From a virus (taxonomy: Duplodnaviria; Heunggongvirae; Uroviricota; Caudoviricetes), in the IMG/VR virus record IMGVR_UViG_3300037455_000372, positions 291,393 to 355,392 of that record: DNA of 64,000 nt; one strand, given 5' to 3'. The notes under the pieces were generated by a model. The model did not search any database. It saw only the letters and a program-made list of their open reading frames with translations, and was not told the DNA's origin. The translations under genes were made by a program, and so were the position numbers. This document shows, in pieces, positions 1 to 9,396 of this stretch (the stretch's first letter is position 1; every line of letters begins with the position of its first letter).

Positions 1-382
1 TAGCATTGGTATGAACGTCGATACCTTTCCACGTAGGCATAATTGCGTTGGTGTTGATTGGAGTGCCGAAATAAACGGTATTTCGTTTCATCTGGAGCAA
101 CTGGTCAACCGTAAACCAATCTGGTTTAGAATATGAAACGAGTCTTGCGGAATGTGTATGCCGAACGTTCTTTATTCTCGCAAAGAATTTATGATTGCCG
201 GTTGCCTTAATGGCGTCGAATCCATAACCAGAAATGTTATAAATTTTGTGAACACCTTGATTGAAGGTATTCGTCACGGCTTGGTAAGACCCATCGTGAG
301 TCAAGACGGTATCTCTAGTTGAGATTTGGTCGATTCGAACTAGGCCACGCTTAGTTAATACCAGCGTGTCACCAGTAAGGCA
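1..382 (-). mobile_element. Intein (N-terminal part) inserted at the catalytic Pro-Cys of the methyltransferase
   Basis: CLTGDTLVLTKRGLVRIDQI (block A) directly after GGFP; ATGNHKFF (block B TxxH) downstream. Confidence 0.85.
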
Positions 383-691
383 AGGGAACCCTCCTACGAC
401 CATATCGGCTTCCGGTATTCGTTCCACACCGACAGTGCAGACATTCTCGTTGGAATGTCCGTCCGCACCGAACCTCTTAACATAGATTTCGGAAGCGTCT
501 TGTTTCTTGGTTGACGGTTCCCACTGGCTGCTCCACACCGTCTTGAACTGTTCGGATGCGCGTTCGAGACCGATGCGGAATCCGCCTACACCGGCGAACA
601 GCTCGATAACCTTGATGTCCTTGTCCAGCTCCACACTGAACTGTTCTTGTTCTTTGATATAATTGTCAACAGCACTGCAATAGGAAGACAT
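1..691 (-). CDS. C5 cytosine DNA methyltransferase (Dcm-like) interrupted by an intein; runs off the window start
   Basis: Absent from the ORF track (no stop in window). Manual translation from ATG at 691: MSSYCSAV...IKVIELFAGVGGFRIGLE (motif I FxGxG)...ADMVVGGFP|C (motif IV PC), then intein sequence. Confidence 0.9.
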   Translation of the reverse strand, partial: MSSYCSAVDNYIKEQEQFSVELDKDIKVIELFAGVGGFRIGLERASEQFKTVWSSQWEPSTKKQDASEIYVKRFGADGHSNENVCTVGVERIPEADMVVGGFPCLTGDTLVLTKRGLVRIDQISTRDTVLTHDGSYQAVTNTFNQGVHKIYNISGYGFDAIKATGNHKFFARIKNVRHTHSARLVSYSKPDWFTVDQLLQMKRNTVYFGTPINTNAIMPTWKGIDVHTNA

Positions 692-740
692 AGAGTTCCT
701 TGTAAATTTGACTGAAATATAGCAGATCTGTATTATAAAA

Positions 741-1385
741 TCAAATCATACGGAGGCCGAGTCGGTAAATCCGCTTGCCATTCCAGCTGACCCATGCTCC
801 TAACAAAAATTCCGACAAGTAACCACATATACGAGGCTGCAGTGGCCTATGGTGTTTCGCCTCGGACGCCATATACATTGTCATAGCCTTGAACAGGTAG
901 TCGCAGTATTTGTCGGCCAGATCCTTCTTGGCGATGAACATATTGCCGAGAATGTGGGTGTCTCCGTTGATATAATTGAGGCAATGGTCTGAATAAGCCT
1001 TGCCGTAGATCGCGCCGAGCACTGTGATGAAGTTCATCGTCGCGTCGGCCTTTCCGTTGTTAATCAGGTATTTCTTAACCGGAGTCCGGTACGGGTATGT
1101 GACCGTGGTACAGAGTACGTCGTTGGTTTCGAGCAGCTTCCTCGCCATAGCTTCCGGAATGGGCTGCGCTCCGTTGTAGCAGAGGTATCGCCTGTAATGT
1201 TCCAGCCCGACTATGTCGTCCGTGCAGTGCTTCCACATATAATAGAGACCGGTCAGCTCGCACATAAAGCCGTTGAGAAAGTCGATGTTGTCCCCTTCGT
1301 GCTTCTGGTCTACCAAGAACTTGGTACGGAATCCGTCAAGGGGGAGGAAGGTGTTTTTAGATGAACCAACTACGTAAATACTCAT
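741..1385 (-). CDS. DUF4422-family glycosyltransferase (putative galactofuranosyltransferase)
   Basis: GDNIDFLN..CELTGLYYMWK, VGLEHYRR, GNMFI, RICGYLSE motifs; start placed at MSIYVVGS by alignment with the paralog. Confidence 0.8.
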   Translation of the reverse strand: MSIYVVGSSKNTFLPLDGFRTKFLVDQKHEGDNIDFLNGFMCELTGLYYMWKHCTDDIVGLEHYRRYLCYNGAQPIPEAMARKLLETNDVLCTTVTYPYRTPVKKYLINNGKADATMNFITVLGAIYGKAYSDHCLNYINGDTHILGNMFIAKKDLADKYCDYLFKAMTMYMASEAKHHRPLQPRICGYLSEFLLGAWVSWNGKRIYRLGLRMI

Positions 1386-1395
1386 AAAACGCAGT

Positions 1396-2070
1396 TTATG
1401 GTTTTTTGGAACCAGAAACTTCCATAAAGTGCATCTCAACCTTGATCGCGTCATAGACCTTGAGCTTCTGCTGGCGAACCCAGAGGCCGAAGATGTGTTC
1501 GGCGAGGTAGCCGTCAATGCGGAGGTTACGGTCGTCTATGCCGATGTACTTGTCGAACATAGCGAGCTTGGGGAACAGCCATTCGCAGTATTTCACCATA
1601 GTCTCGCGGCGAGATATGAACATATTGCACTGTCTGAGCGACCGTTCGCAAGTGTACGCCTTGAACTGGGTTCCTAGGGGGAAGAACTTCTCGTCAAGCA
1701 TATCGATGAACTGGTCTAGGTCTTCGACCTTACCGGCTCGCTGGAAATACTTGTAGGCGCAGAAGTCCGGCTCGTGACGGTAGTTGCAGAGGATGATGTC
1801 GTGGTCTTCGAGAATCTTCTCGGCTTCCTCGATGGTCATCCTCGACTTGTTGCGCTTGGGAGACGCGAAGAATCGGCGATAGTGTTCTAGGCCGACGTAC
1901 TTCGCCGTGGAATGCTTCCACATATAGTAAAGTCCGGTCAGTTCGCAGTACCAAGGGTTGAGAGCGTCAATGTTGTCGCCGGAATGAGGCACGTCGACTA
2001 GGAATTTCTCGCGGCCTTCGTCTAGTTCCGGGAAGATGTTCTTGGTGGATCCAATTACGTAAATGCTCAT
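1396..2070 (-). CDS. DUF4422-family glycosyltransferase, tandem paralog
   Basis: GDNIDALNPWYCELTGLYYMWK, VGLEHYRR, CNMFI, RIDGYLAE. Confidence 0.8.
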   Translation of the reverse strand: MSIYVIGSTKNIFPELDEGREKFLVDVPHSGDNIDALNPWYCELTGLYYMWKHSTAKYVGLEHYRRFFASPKRNKSRMTIEEAEKILEDHDIILCNYRHEPDFCAYKYFQRAGKVEDLDQFIDMLDEKFFPLGTQFKAYTCERSLRQCNMFISRRETMVKYCEWLFPKLAMFDKYIGIDDRNLRIDGYLAEHIFGLWVRQQKLKVYDAIKVEMHFMEVSGSKKP

Positions 2071-2077
2071 ATCGTTC

Positions 2078-2734
2078 CTATCGATAGTTTTGCTGAAGTT
2101 TTCCAGCAATCCAGTTTATGTCTAACATAAGTGCGGCGAAGTCTACTTGGGTCGGGTCGCTGAACCAGAACGGTTTTAGGTGGTGCTTTAGCGACGTATG
2201 TGTGCGGTTGTCCATATAGTATATGGTCCTGTAATACGCCAGCAGTACACGGATTAGCGGAATCGACTCGGAATCGGTGTTCAGAATGAGCACCTTGTTC
2301 GTCAAGGCTGCTTGGTTATCTAAAACACAGCAAGAGTGCGCTCCGCAGAAAATCTGGTGGTAGTCGGTCGTTGGGATGCTCTTTGCGCCGCCGAACAAGC
2401 ATTCCATATCGGCTCCGTGCATCTCGCGGCCAGTGAACAGCGACTTGCAGCTGATTATACACTGTCTATCGAATGTGTAGTAGGACAAGTCGTGCTTGCC
2501 GTCTTGACTGTGGTAGTCAACCTTGCGGAAATGTTCGGATGACCAGTTCATACCCATTGTGGTCAGCATAAGGGGTGCCGCTTGGGTGCAAGCGTACTCG
2601 GTCGTCCAATGGTGTTCGTTCTGCGGATAGTCGAGATACAGCGGTACGCTTTCGAAAACGTGGAAGTGGCTGCCGTCCGTTGGGCGCACCAGTTCTGGCT
2701 TGTTGAATACGTTTACGACGAAATTATAAATCAT
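2078..2734 (-). CDS. DHHW/AlgJ-like SGNH-type protein (possible polysaccharide O-acyltransferase component)
   Basis: EHHWTT motif and C-terminal VLILNTDSESIPL...YYMDNR pattern resembling the DHHW family. Confidence 0.4.
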   Translation of the reverse strand: MIYNFVVNVFNKPELVRPTDGSHFHVFESVPLYLDYPQNEHHWTTEYACTQAAPLMLTTMGMNWSSEHFRKVDYHSQDGKHDLSYYTFDRQCIISCKSLFTGREMHGADMECLFGGAKSIPTTDYHQIFCGAHSCCVLDNQAALTNKVLILNTDSESIPLIRVLLAYYRTIYYMDNRTHTSLKHHLKPFWFSDPTQVDFAALMLDINWIAGKLQQNYR

Positions 2735-2844
2735 ACGACGAAAATTAGTTTTTTGCCGACGAAATGTTGCACATTTAAACACAAATTGCTATAATTTATA
2801 TCGTAGGAAGGCAATGTTGCCAACCTTTGATCAAAGGATAAACA

Positions 2845-3507
2845 ATGGGTATCTGGAACCTCATTAAGAAACTGTTCCGTATCGGCCAGATCAAGGTCGA
2901 GAACGGACTCCAAAAGCTCGTGGATGCTGAAGCACAGCTTCAGATCATCGAACACGACACCATCGACGCCTTGGAAAAGCAGCGCGAAAACGCAAAGAAG
3001 CTCGAAGCTTCTAAGCTTGAATTCGACGCCAACTTCGAAAAGGCTCAGAAGGACCTCACCCGTTTGAAGACCAGCTGCGAAGTGCTGAAGAACAAGCTCA
3101 TCAAGGAAGGAAAGGACTACAAGGAAGACGACGATATGAAGCTCGCCGCCGCCACCTACCTTGAACAGCAGAAGCTCGTCGCTGAATTTGGTCGCCAGAA
3201 GGATGAAATGGACCTGATGATTAAGCGTGTCGAAAAGATGCTCAAGCATCTCAAGCTTAACAAGAACCTCGTCCATATGAAGGCCGATATGCTCCGCCAG
3301 AAGATTCAGCTCTACAAGAGCAAGTCTGTCATCGACGAAACCGGTATGGTCGACATCAACACCACGTTTGGTGAAGTTGACGAACTCGTACAGAAGATGC
3401 AGTTCGAACAGCAAGCTGCCCAGCGCGTTGACGACATCGTCAATGGTCGCGAAACGGCTCAGCTGGCCAATGAAGCTGACGTTGACAACTTCCTCAACGA
3501 TCTTTAG
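2845..3507 (+). CDS. PspA/IM30-like coiled-coil protein
   Basis: 220 aa, amphipathic N-terminus MGIWNLIKKLF, long coiled coil, acidic C-terminal VDNFLNDL. Confidence 0.6.
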   Translation: MGIWNLIKKLFRIGQIKVENGLQKLVDAEAQLQIIEHDTIDALEKQRENAKKLEASKLEFDANFEKAQKDLTRLKTSCEVLKNKLIKEGKDYKEDDDMKLAAATYLEQQKLVAEFGRQKDEMDLMIKRVEKMLKHLKLNKNLVHMKADMLRQKIQLYKSKSVIDETGMVDINTTFGEVDELVQKMQFEQQAAQRVDDIVNGRETAQLANEADVDNFLNDL

Positions 3508-3533
3508 TACCTTAGAAGTTGGAGTGCTAGGGG

Positions 3534-3560
3534 ACGCAGCCGCAAGGCTGCGTTCTTTTT
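3534..3560 (+). terminator. Intrinsic terminator
   Basis: ACGCAGCC-GCAA-GGCTGCGT followed by T tract. Confidence 0.8.
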
Positions 3561-3604
3561 TATACAGTTTTTATAAATTATTTTTAAAAATTTAAATTTT
3601 CCTA

Positions 3605-3633
3605 TTGACAACTCGCTTGCATAATGCTATAAT
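3605..3633 (+). promoter_or_regulatory. Consensus sigma70 promoter for the ATPase-ter operon
   Basis: TTGACA-17 nt-TATAAT with TG extended -10 and AT-rich upstream tract. Confidence 0.8.
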
Positions 3634-3666
3634 TCATCTCGGTGGCCGGTTGGCCGTCAAAACTAT

Positions 3667-6318
3667 ATGGAAAACAACAATATGAATAAAAACGGACTGA
3701 CTTCCCAAGAAGTCTTAGATTCTCGCGCCAAGTTCGGCACGAACCAAATCCCTGATACGGAACCGACCACGTTCTGGGCGGAATTCAAGGAGTCCTTCAG
3801 TGACCCGATGATTCGTATCCTTCTCGCAATCGCTGGTCTTATGCTCGCTCTCTGGGGTGCAAGCTTCATCTTCCCCCAGGCTGGCATCGAACAGACTATC
3901 TATGAACCGATTGGTACTATGGTGGCCGTTCTCCTCGTCGCTACCATTTCTGCAAAGACCGCTGTGTCTTCCGACGGCAAGTACCGCGCTCTCAAGGCTC
4001 GCACGGAAAAAGACCAAGCCAAGGTCATCCGTGACGGTTCTACTCAGAGCATCGACTTCGATGACGTGGTCGTCGGAGATCTGATTCATCTGCAGTCTGG
4101 CGACAAGATTCCGGCTGACGGTACTCTTATCGAGGGTTCCCTCCGTGTGGACAACTCCGCACTGAACGGTGAAGCCGAAGAGTGCCACAAGGAAGCAAAC
4201 CCGGACGGCGTGGTTCCGGATGAAATTACTGGCGATACTTTCGTGGACAAGTCTTCTCTCTTCCGTGGTGCAATCGTCTATGACGGTGACGGCATTATGG
4301 TCGTGCAGAAGGTCGGTCTCAAGACTATGATGGGTAAGATGGCCGAAGAAATGGCCGGTGACGAACCGGACTCTCCGCTCAAGGTCAAGCTTTCCAAGCT
4401 CGCAAATCAGATTTCCGTTTTCGGTTATGTGTCCGCCGCGTTGATTGTGTTATTGTACCTCGTAACCGGAATTATTAACGCTGGCGGACCTTCCGCTTTC
4501 CTCGACCTCGGTTGGCAGCACGTTCTTAACACCGTGATTAAGGCCGCAGACCTTGCAATCCTTATCGTCGTGTGCGCTGTTCCTGAAGGACTTCCGTTGA
4601 TGATTTCCCTCGTGTTGATGCAGAATACCTCCAAGCTGCTTGACCACAACGTGTTGGTTCGCAAGGCTCAAGGTATCGAAACCGCTGGCGCAGTGAATAT
4701 CCAGTTCTCCGATAAGACCGGTACCATTACCAAGGGTAACCTTGAAGTGGTCGAACTCTTTGACGGCAAGGGTATCAGCACTGGTCTCTCTGACAAGTTG
4801 ATTAACTGCATCGCTCGTAACACCCAGTCTACGTTCGACAGAAAGGGTAATGTCCTCGGTGGCAACGCTACGGAACACGCCTTGATGAAGTTCATCGGTC
4901 AAGACCATTTCCACTCTTGCTCTGCTGGCGTGGTCGCAATGCAAGGCTTCAACTCCGCTAACAAGTTCAGCCAAGCCAAGCTCAGTGACGGAACGCTCGT
5001 GTACAAGGGTGCTCCCGAAAAGATTCTCGCCAAGTGTACTAAGTATATGGACGTGAACGGCAACATCGCCGATGTCGATATGGCCGCTCTCAACGCAAAG
5101 ATTGACGAAATGGCTAACAAGGCTATGCGTATGCTTGCCTTTGCCTACTGTGAAGATGAACTCGAAGAAAACGTCATCCACGACAACCTGACTCTCGTAG
5201 CCGTGGCCGCTATCCGTGACGATGTCCGTCCGGAAGCAAAGACCGCAATCGAAGCTATGCAGAAGGCTGGCATCCAAGTCGTGATGATTACTGGTGACCG
5301 TCTCGAAACCGCTCGCGCAATCGCAAAGGACGCCGGTCTTGTCCGCAGTGACAAGGACGTGGTGCTGTCCTCCACCGACCTCGCCGCGATGTCCGATGAC
5401 GACATCAAGAAGATTCTCAAGGACATCCGTGTGATCGCTCGTGCCTTGCCGACCGACAAGTCTCGTATGGTTCGCTTGTCTCAGGAAATGGGTCTCGTCT
5501 GCGGTATGACTGGTGATGGCGTGAACGACTCTCCGGCCTTGAAGCGTGCTGACGTGGGCTTCGCAATGGGTTCCGGTACCGAAGCCGCCAAGGAAGCTGG
5601 TGACTTGATTATCTTGGACGACAACTTCAACTCCATCAAGGACGCTGTTTGGTTTGGTCGTACCATCTTCCACAACATCTTGAAGTTCGTGAAGTTCCAG
5701 TTGACGATTAACGTAGCTGCAGTGGGCGTGACTCTCTTGGCTCCGCTCTTTGGCTGTGAACCGCCGCTTACCGTTGTCCACCTCCTCTTCGTGAACCTCG
5801 TGATGGACGGTCTTGGCTCTATGATGCTCGGTTCCGAACCCGCTCTGCCGAAGTATATGTCCGAAAAGCCGCGTAACCGTGAAGATTCCATCATCGACAA
5901 GTCTATGATTGGATCCGTGATTATCCCGGCATTCTGGATTATCGCGCTCGGTTTCGTGTTCCTCAAGGTTCCGTTCTTCACCACGCGCTTTGACTCTGTA
6001 CTCCAGATGAACACCGCATTCTTCGCATTCTTTATCTGGTCGGCCTTGTGGAATGGTTTCAACGTACGTTCTGACCGTTTCGCAATCTTCTCTCGCCTCA
6101 ACGAGAACCCCGGCTTCTTGAAGGTGCTTGCAATCATCGCAATTGTTCAGGCTGGCATCATCAACATCGGTGAGTTCAATAACCCGGTTTGCCAGACCAT
6201 TTCCAAGATGTTCAGCTGCATTCCGTTTGGTGCCGCTGAATGGGGAATCATCGCCGTGTTATCCTTCACCATCATTCCGGTCGCCTCTCTGGCGAAACTG
6301 GCTCTTACGAGGAAGTAA
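3667..6318 (+). CDS. Calcium-translocating P-type ATPase (P2 type)
   Basis: NGE actuator motif, VPEGLP, DKTGT phosphorylation site, KGAPE, MITGD, TGDGVNDSPAL, ~10 TM segments. Confidence 0.93.
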   Translation: MENNNMNKNGLTSQEVLDSRAKFGTNQIPDTEPTTFWAEFKESFSDPMIRILLAIAGLMLALWGASFIFPQAGIEQTIYEPIGTMVAVLLVATISAKTAVSSDGKYRALKARTEKDQAKVIRDGSTQSIDFDDVVVGDLIHLQSGDKIPADGTLIEGSLRVDNSALNGEAEECHKEANPDGVVPDEITGDTFVDKSSLFRGAIVYDGDGIMVVQKVGLKTMMGKMAEEMAGDEPDSPLKVKLSKLANQISVFGYVSAALIVLLYLVTGIINAGGPSAFLDLGWQHVLNTVIKAADLAILIVVCAVPEGLPLMISLVLMQNTSKLLDHNVLVRKAQGIETAGAVNIQFSDKTGTITKGNLEVVELFDGKGISTGLSDKLINCIARNTQSTFDRKGNVLGGNATEHALMKFIGQDHFHSCSAGVVAMQGFNSANKFSQAKLSDGTLVYKGAPEKILAKCTKYMDVNGNIADVDMAALNAKIDEMANKAMRMLAFAYCEDELEENVIHDNLTLVAVAAIRDDVRPEAKTAIEAMQKAGIQVVMITGDRLETARAIAKDAGLVRSDKDVVLSSTDLAAMSDDDIKKILKDIRVIARALPTDKSRMVRLSQEMGLVCGMTGDGVNDSPALKRADVGFAMGSGTEAAKEAGDLIILDDNFNSIKDAVWFGRTIFHNILKFVKFQLTINVAAVGVTLLAPLFGCEPPLTVVHLLFVNLVMDGLGSMMLGSEPALPKYMSEKPRNREDSIIDKSMIGSVIIPAFWIIALGFVFLKVPFFTTRFDSVLQMNTAFFAFFIWSALWNGFNVRSDRFAIFSRLNENPGFLKVLAIIAIVQAGIINIGEFNNPVCQTISKMFSCIPFGAAEWGIIAVLSFTIIPVASLAKLALTRK

Positions 6319-6320
6319 CA

Positions 6321-7025
6321 ATGATTAAGCTCAGTAAAGGTGGCAGCATTAAGCTGAAGAAAGACACCGATTCCCTCACCCACATCTTCGTCGGTATGGG
6401 TTGGGAAATCGCCAAAGGCAGTCGTACCGTGACTCGTGAAGTTCCGGTAAAGTCCATCGGAAACCTTTTCCGTAAGCTGTTCGGCTGCGAACTCGTTACC
6501 AAGACCGTCACCGAAACCATCACTCGTCGCACAAATGGCGAGTATGACTTGGACGCATCTTGCGTATTGCTCAACAAGGATGGTTATCCGATCGGTCGCC
6601 GTATTGAAGAAAATATGGTCTGCTATCACAACAAGGAAGTCAGCGGCATCAAGCACGGTGGCGACAACTTGACCGGTAGCGACGGCGAACACGATGATGA
6701 AGTCATCGATATCAAGTTGACCGAGGTTCGTAAGGAAACTGCAACGATTGTGGTCTTTATGAACATCTATCAGGCAGAAAACAAGAAACAGTCGTTCCGT
6801 GACCTTACCAAGGCTTACCTCCGTATCGTGAACGCGGCCAATAACGAAGAATTGTGTCGTTATGACCTCACTCAGTTCAACGAGAAGGACACGGCTCTCG
6901 TTCTCGGCAAGTTGACTCGCGAAGGCAATGAATGGACGTTTACCGCAATCGGTAACTCCCTCAAGGCCAATTACCCGATCGAAGTAGTCAACCAGCTCAA
7001 CTCCAAAATTCTTAACAACAACTAA
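6321..7025 (+). CDS. TerD-family protein
   Basis: GMGWE, YDLDAS, HGGDNLTGSDGEHDDE, W.F.AIG motifs. Confidence 0.9.
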   Translation: MIKLSKGGSIKLKKDTDSLTHIFVGMGWEIAKGSRTVTREVPVKSIGNLFRKLFGCELVTKTVTETITRRTNGEYDLDASCVLLNKDGYPIGRRIEENMVCYHNKEVSGIKHGGDNLTGSDGEHDDEVIDIKLTEVRKETATIVVFMNIYQAENKKQSFRDLTKAYLRIVNAANNEELCRYDLTQFNEKDTALVLGKLTREGNEWTFTAIGNSLKANYPIEVVNQLNSKILNNN

Positions 7026-7040
7026 CAAAGAGGTACAACA

Positions 7041-7604
7041 ATGTCCATCAATCTTTCCAAAGGTGAAAACCACGTTCTCGACAAAAACACCCAGACTGCC
7101 TTGATTGGCTTGGGCTGGGATGCGAAATCCGGTTCCGGTGCCGCATTTGACCTTGACGCTTCCGTGATTGCTCTCACGGCAAACGGCAAGATTGCGTCCG
7201 ACTCCGATGTCATCTACTTCAACAACAAGAAGCACTCCAGTGGTGCTATCGTCCACAGCGGCGACAACCTCACTGGTGCTGGCGACGGTGATGACGAAAC
7301 CATCAAGCTCGACTTCTCCAAGATGCCGGAAAATATCGAACGCCTCGTGGTCGTGGTCAACATCTACAAGGCCGATGAACGCAACCAGAACTTCGGTCAG
7401 GTGAACAACGCCTACGTCCGCCTCGTGAACACCACCGGCGGCAAGAACGAAGAAGAACTCCGCTTCGACCTTACCGAAGACTACTCTGGCTCTACCGGCA
7501 TCCGTATGGCTGACATCTACCGCCACAACGGTGAATGGAAGATGAAGGCTATCGGCGAAGGTACGAAGTGCGGCCTTGGTGACTTCATCAATCAGTTCAA
7601 GTAA
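7041..7604 (+). CDS. terD: TerD-family tellurium resistance/stress protein
   Basis: INLSKG, GLGWD, FDLDAS, HSGDNLTGAGDGDDE, QNFGQV, YRHNGEWK. Confidence 0.92.
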   Translation: MSINLSKGENHVLDKNTQTALIGLGWDAKSGSGAAFDLDASVIALTANGKIASDSDVIYFNNKKHSSGAIVHSGDNLTGAGDGDDETIKLDFSKMPENIERLVVVVNIYKADERNQNFGQVNNAYVRLVNTTGGKNEEELRFDLTEDYSGSTGIRMADIYRHNGEWKMKAIGEGTKCGLGDFINQFK

Positions 7605-7618
7605 TAAGAAGGCTAACA

Positions 7619-8227
7619 ATGGCAGTTAAATTGGCTAAGAAAGGCAACGTCATCGCTCTCTCGAAGGGTGTGAAGTATGCCATGATTGGTCTTGGCTGGT
7701 CTTGCGGTGCGCAGCAAGTTGACCTTGATGCGTCCGCATTCCTTCTCGGTGCCGACGGAAAGTGTGCGTCTGACGACGACATCATTTTCTACGGAATGGA
7801 AGCCGAAGACAAGACCCATTACAGTGGTGGTATTCGTTATGGTGGCGACAGTCTCGCCGGTGGATCTGGTTCTTCCGATGATGAAAACCTCTTCATCGAT
7901 TTCGACAAGATTCCCGACCACATCACGACGATTGACATCACGGTGACTATCTACAAGTGGAAGAAGCGTCACCAGACCTTCGGTATGGTTAAGAACGCTT
8001 ATTGCCGCGTGGTCTCTACCGACGAAAAGTTCCGTCCGGATGGAAACGAAGAACTCCGCTTCGACCTGAAGGATGACTATCCGAGAGCAACCGCGATGTT
8101 GATGGCTCAGCTTATCAAGACCGGAAATACTTGGTCGTTCAAGGCCGCTGGCCAAGACTATACCAACGCTGGCTTGAACAAGCTCTGTCAAGACCGTGGT
8201 CTCGAAACCGATGGTGGGGACGACTAA
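7619..8227 (+). CDS. TerD-family protein
   Basis: GLGW, DLDASAFLL, GGDSLAGG..DDE, QTFGMV. Confidence 0.88.
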   Translation: MAVKLAKKGNVIALSKGVKYAMIGLGWSCGAQQVDLDASAFLLGADGKCASDDDIIFYGMEAEDKTHYSGGIRYGGDSLAGGSGSSDDENLFIDFDKIPDHITTIDITVTIYKWKKRHQTFGMVKNAYCRVVSTDEKFRPDGNEELRFDLKDDYPRATAMLMAQLIKTGNTWSFKAAGQDYTNAGLNKLCQDRGLETDGGDD

Positions 8228-8634
8228 TGACCAAAAAGGTTCTGATTATTATCGGTGTGGTTGTTTACCTTTGCTTGGCTGTCCCGGCGGCTTATGGGCT
8301 GGTGAGGTTCTTTACCAGCGACGTGACTGGCGGCAAATGTGTGAAGGAATTCACCGTCGACAAGTTCCACCGTACTCAAGGCGTAGTTCATATCCCGTCT
8401 ACGGTCATTGAGATTGATGGAACCCAAGTGGTAATCCAGAATATGACGTGTGCCGAGTTCAAGAATCAGAAGGAAGTGAACGTTTTCCGTTACGCTCACC
8501 CGTACTTCTCGACTTACTCGATCCTCATTCTGGTGTCCACGCTGACAGTAATCCTCGTCTGGCCTATCGCTGGTCTCTTCAACAAAATTTCGTTGAAGTA
8601 CGAAGCTTGGCAAGAAAACCGCAAGAAGAAGTAA
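8227..8634 (+). CDS. Two-TM membrane protein
   Basis: ATG overlaps the terD stop (TAATG); two hydrophobic segments. Confidence 0.6.
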   Translation: MTKKVLIIIGVVVYLCLAVPAAYGLVRFFTSDVTGGKCVKEFTVDKFHRTQGVVHIPSTVIEIDGTQVVIQNMTCAEFKNQKEVNVFRYAHPYFSTYSILILVSTLTVILVWPIAGLFNKISLKYEAWQENRKKK

Positions 8635-8742
8635 GCAATCCATATAGCAACAAAGTGCCGTACGAGTCCTTCGTGCGGTGCTTTTTCTATTTTATACGCC
8701 TTTTCTATTGACATCGTAAACCGATTATATTATATTTAGGCT

Positions 8743-9219
8743 ATGCATAAAGAATATGACTCTGCCCCAGCTACTTTTAAGCACATCGACTTGGTTTTCC
8801 AAAACTTGTCGAAGTTTTCTACCGAACTTTTAAAGCGTGGCCATCTCCACGACCGGACGAAGCTGCTTCCGCCGGAGAAGGCCGATTTTGACAAGAATAC
8901 CCGTAACCTTGGCAAGATGGTATACAATTCGCCAGAATACAAGCAATCCAAGAAGAATATGAAGGAATGCCTGGATCACCATTACGCCGTGAATGACCAT
9001 CACCCGGAGCATTTCCAGAAAGTCGACGATATGAACTTGTTCCAGCTCATCGAGATGTTCTGCGACTGGTGTGCATCGGTAAGGCGTAGCAAGGACGGAA
9101 GTATCTACCGCTCGCTTTTGGTAAACAAAAAACGGTTCAAGTTGTCTAAGCAAGTGTACAACTTGATGAAGAACACTGCGGACGTTTTCTGCGACAAGAA
9201 GACTAAACGCAAACAGTAG
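8743..9219 (+). CDS. DUF5662 / HD-like protein
   Basis: H..HDRTK, HHYAVNDHHPEH, EMFCDW motifs; TTGACA..TATATT promoter immediately upstream. Confidence 0.7.
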   Translation: MHKEYDSAPATFKHIDLVFQNLSKFSTELLKRGHLHDRTKLLPPEKADFDKNTRNLGKMVYNSPEYKQSKKNMKECLDHHYAVNDHHPEHFQKVDDMNLFQLIEMFCDWCASVRRSKDGSIYRSLLVNKKRFKLSKQVYNLMKNTADVFCDKKTKRKQ

Positions 9220-9252
9220 GGAAGGCTGTCTCCTTCCCCAACAGGAGGAACT

Positions 9253-9396
9253 ATGGACGAAATCCAGAATCCGGTGACCAAGTTAGGTGAAGGAGTTCAG
9301 TTCGACCGTGTCCGTCGTCAGGAATCTGATGTCGGGTTCGAAACAGTCCGAAGTGAATACAATCCGAATGAAAACCTTATTAGCAATTCCAAATAA
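9253..9396 (+). CDS. Small 47-aa hypothetical protein
   Basis: Strong RBS AGGAGG; MDEIQNPVTKLGEG...NSK*; overlaps the start of the next gene. Confidence 0.4.
   Translation: MDEIQNPVTKLGEGVQFDRVRRQESDVGFETVRSEYNPNENLISNSK

Noticed and set aside
4450-7619. Long minus-strand ORFs (4450-5781, 6147-7619; likewise 23650-25044, 25290-26399, 33349-34404, 57963-58835, and plus-strand 12963-13943, 17533-18561)
   Set aside because: Antisense shadows of genes with clear family motifs or RBS/promoter support, caused by codon bias.
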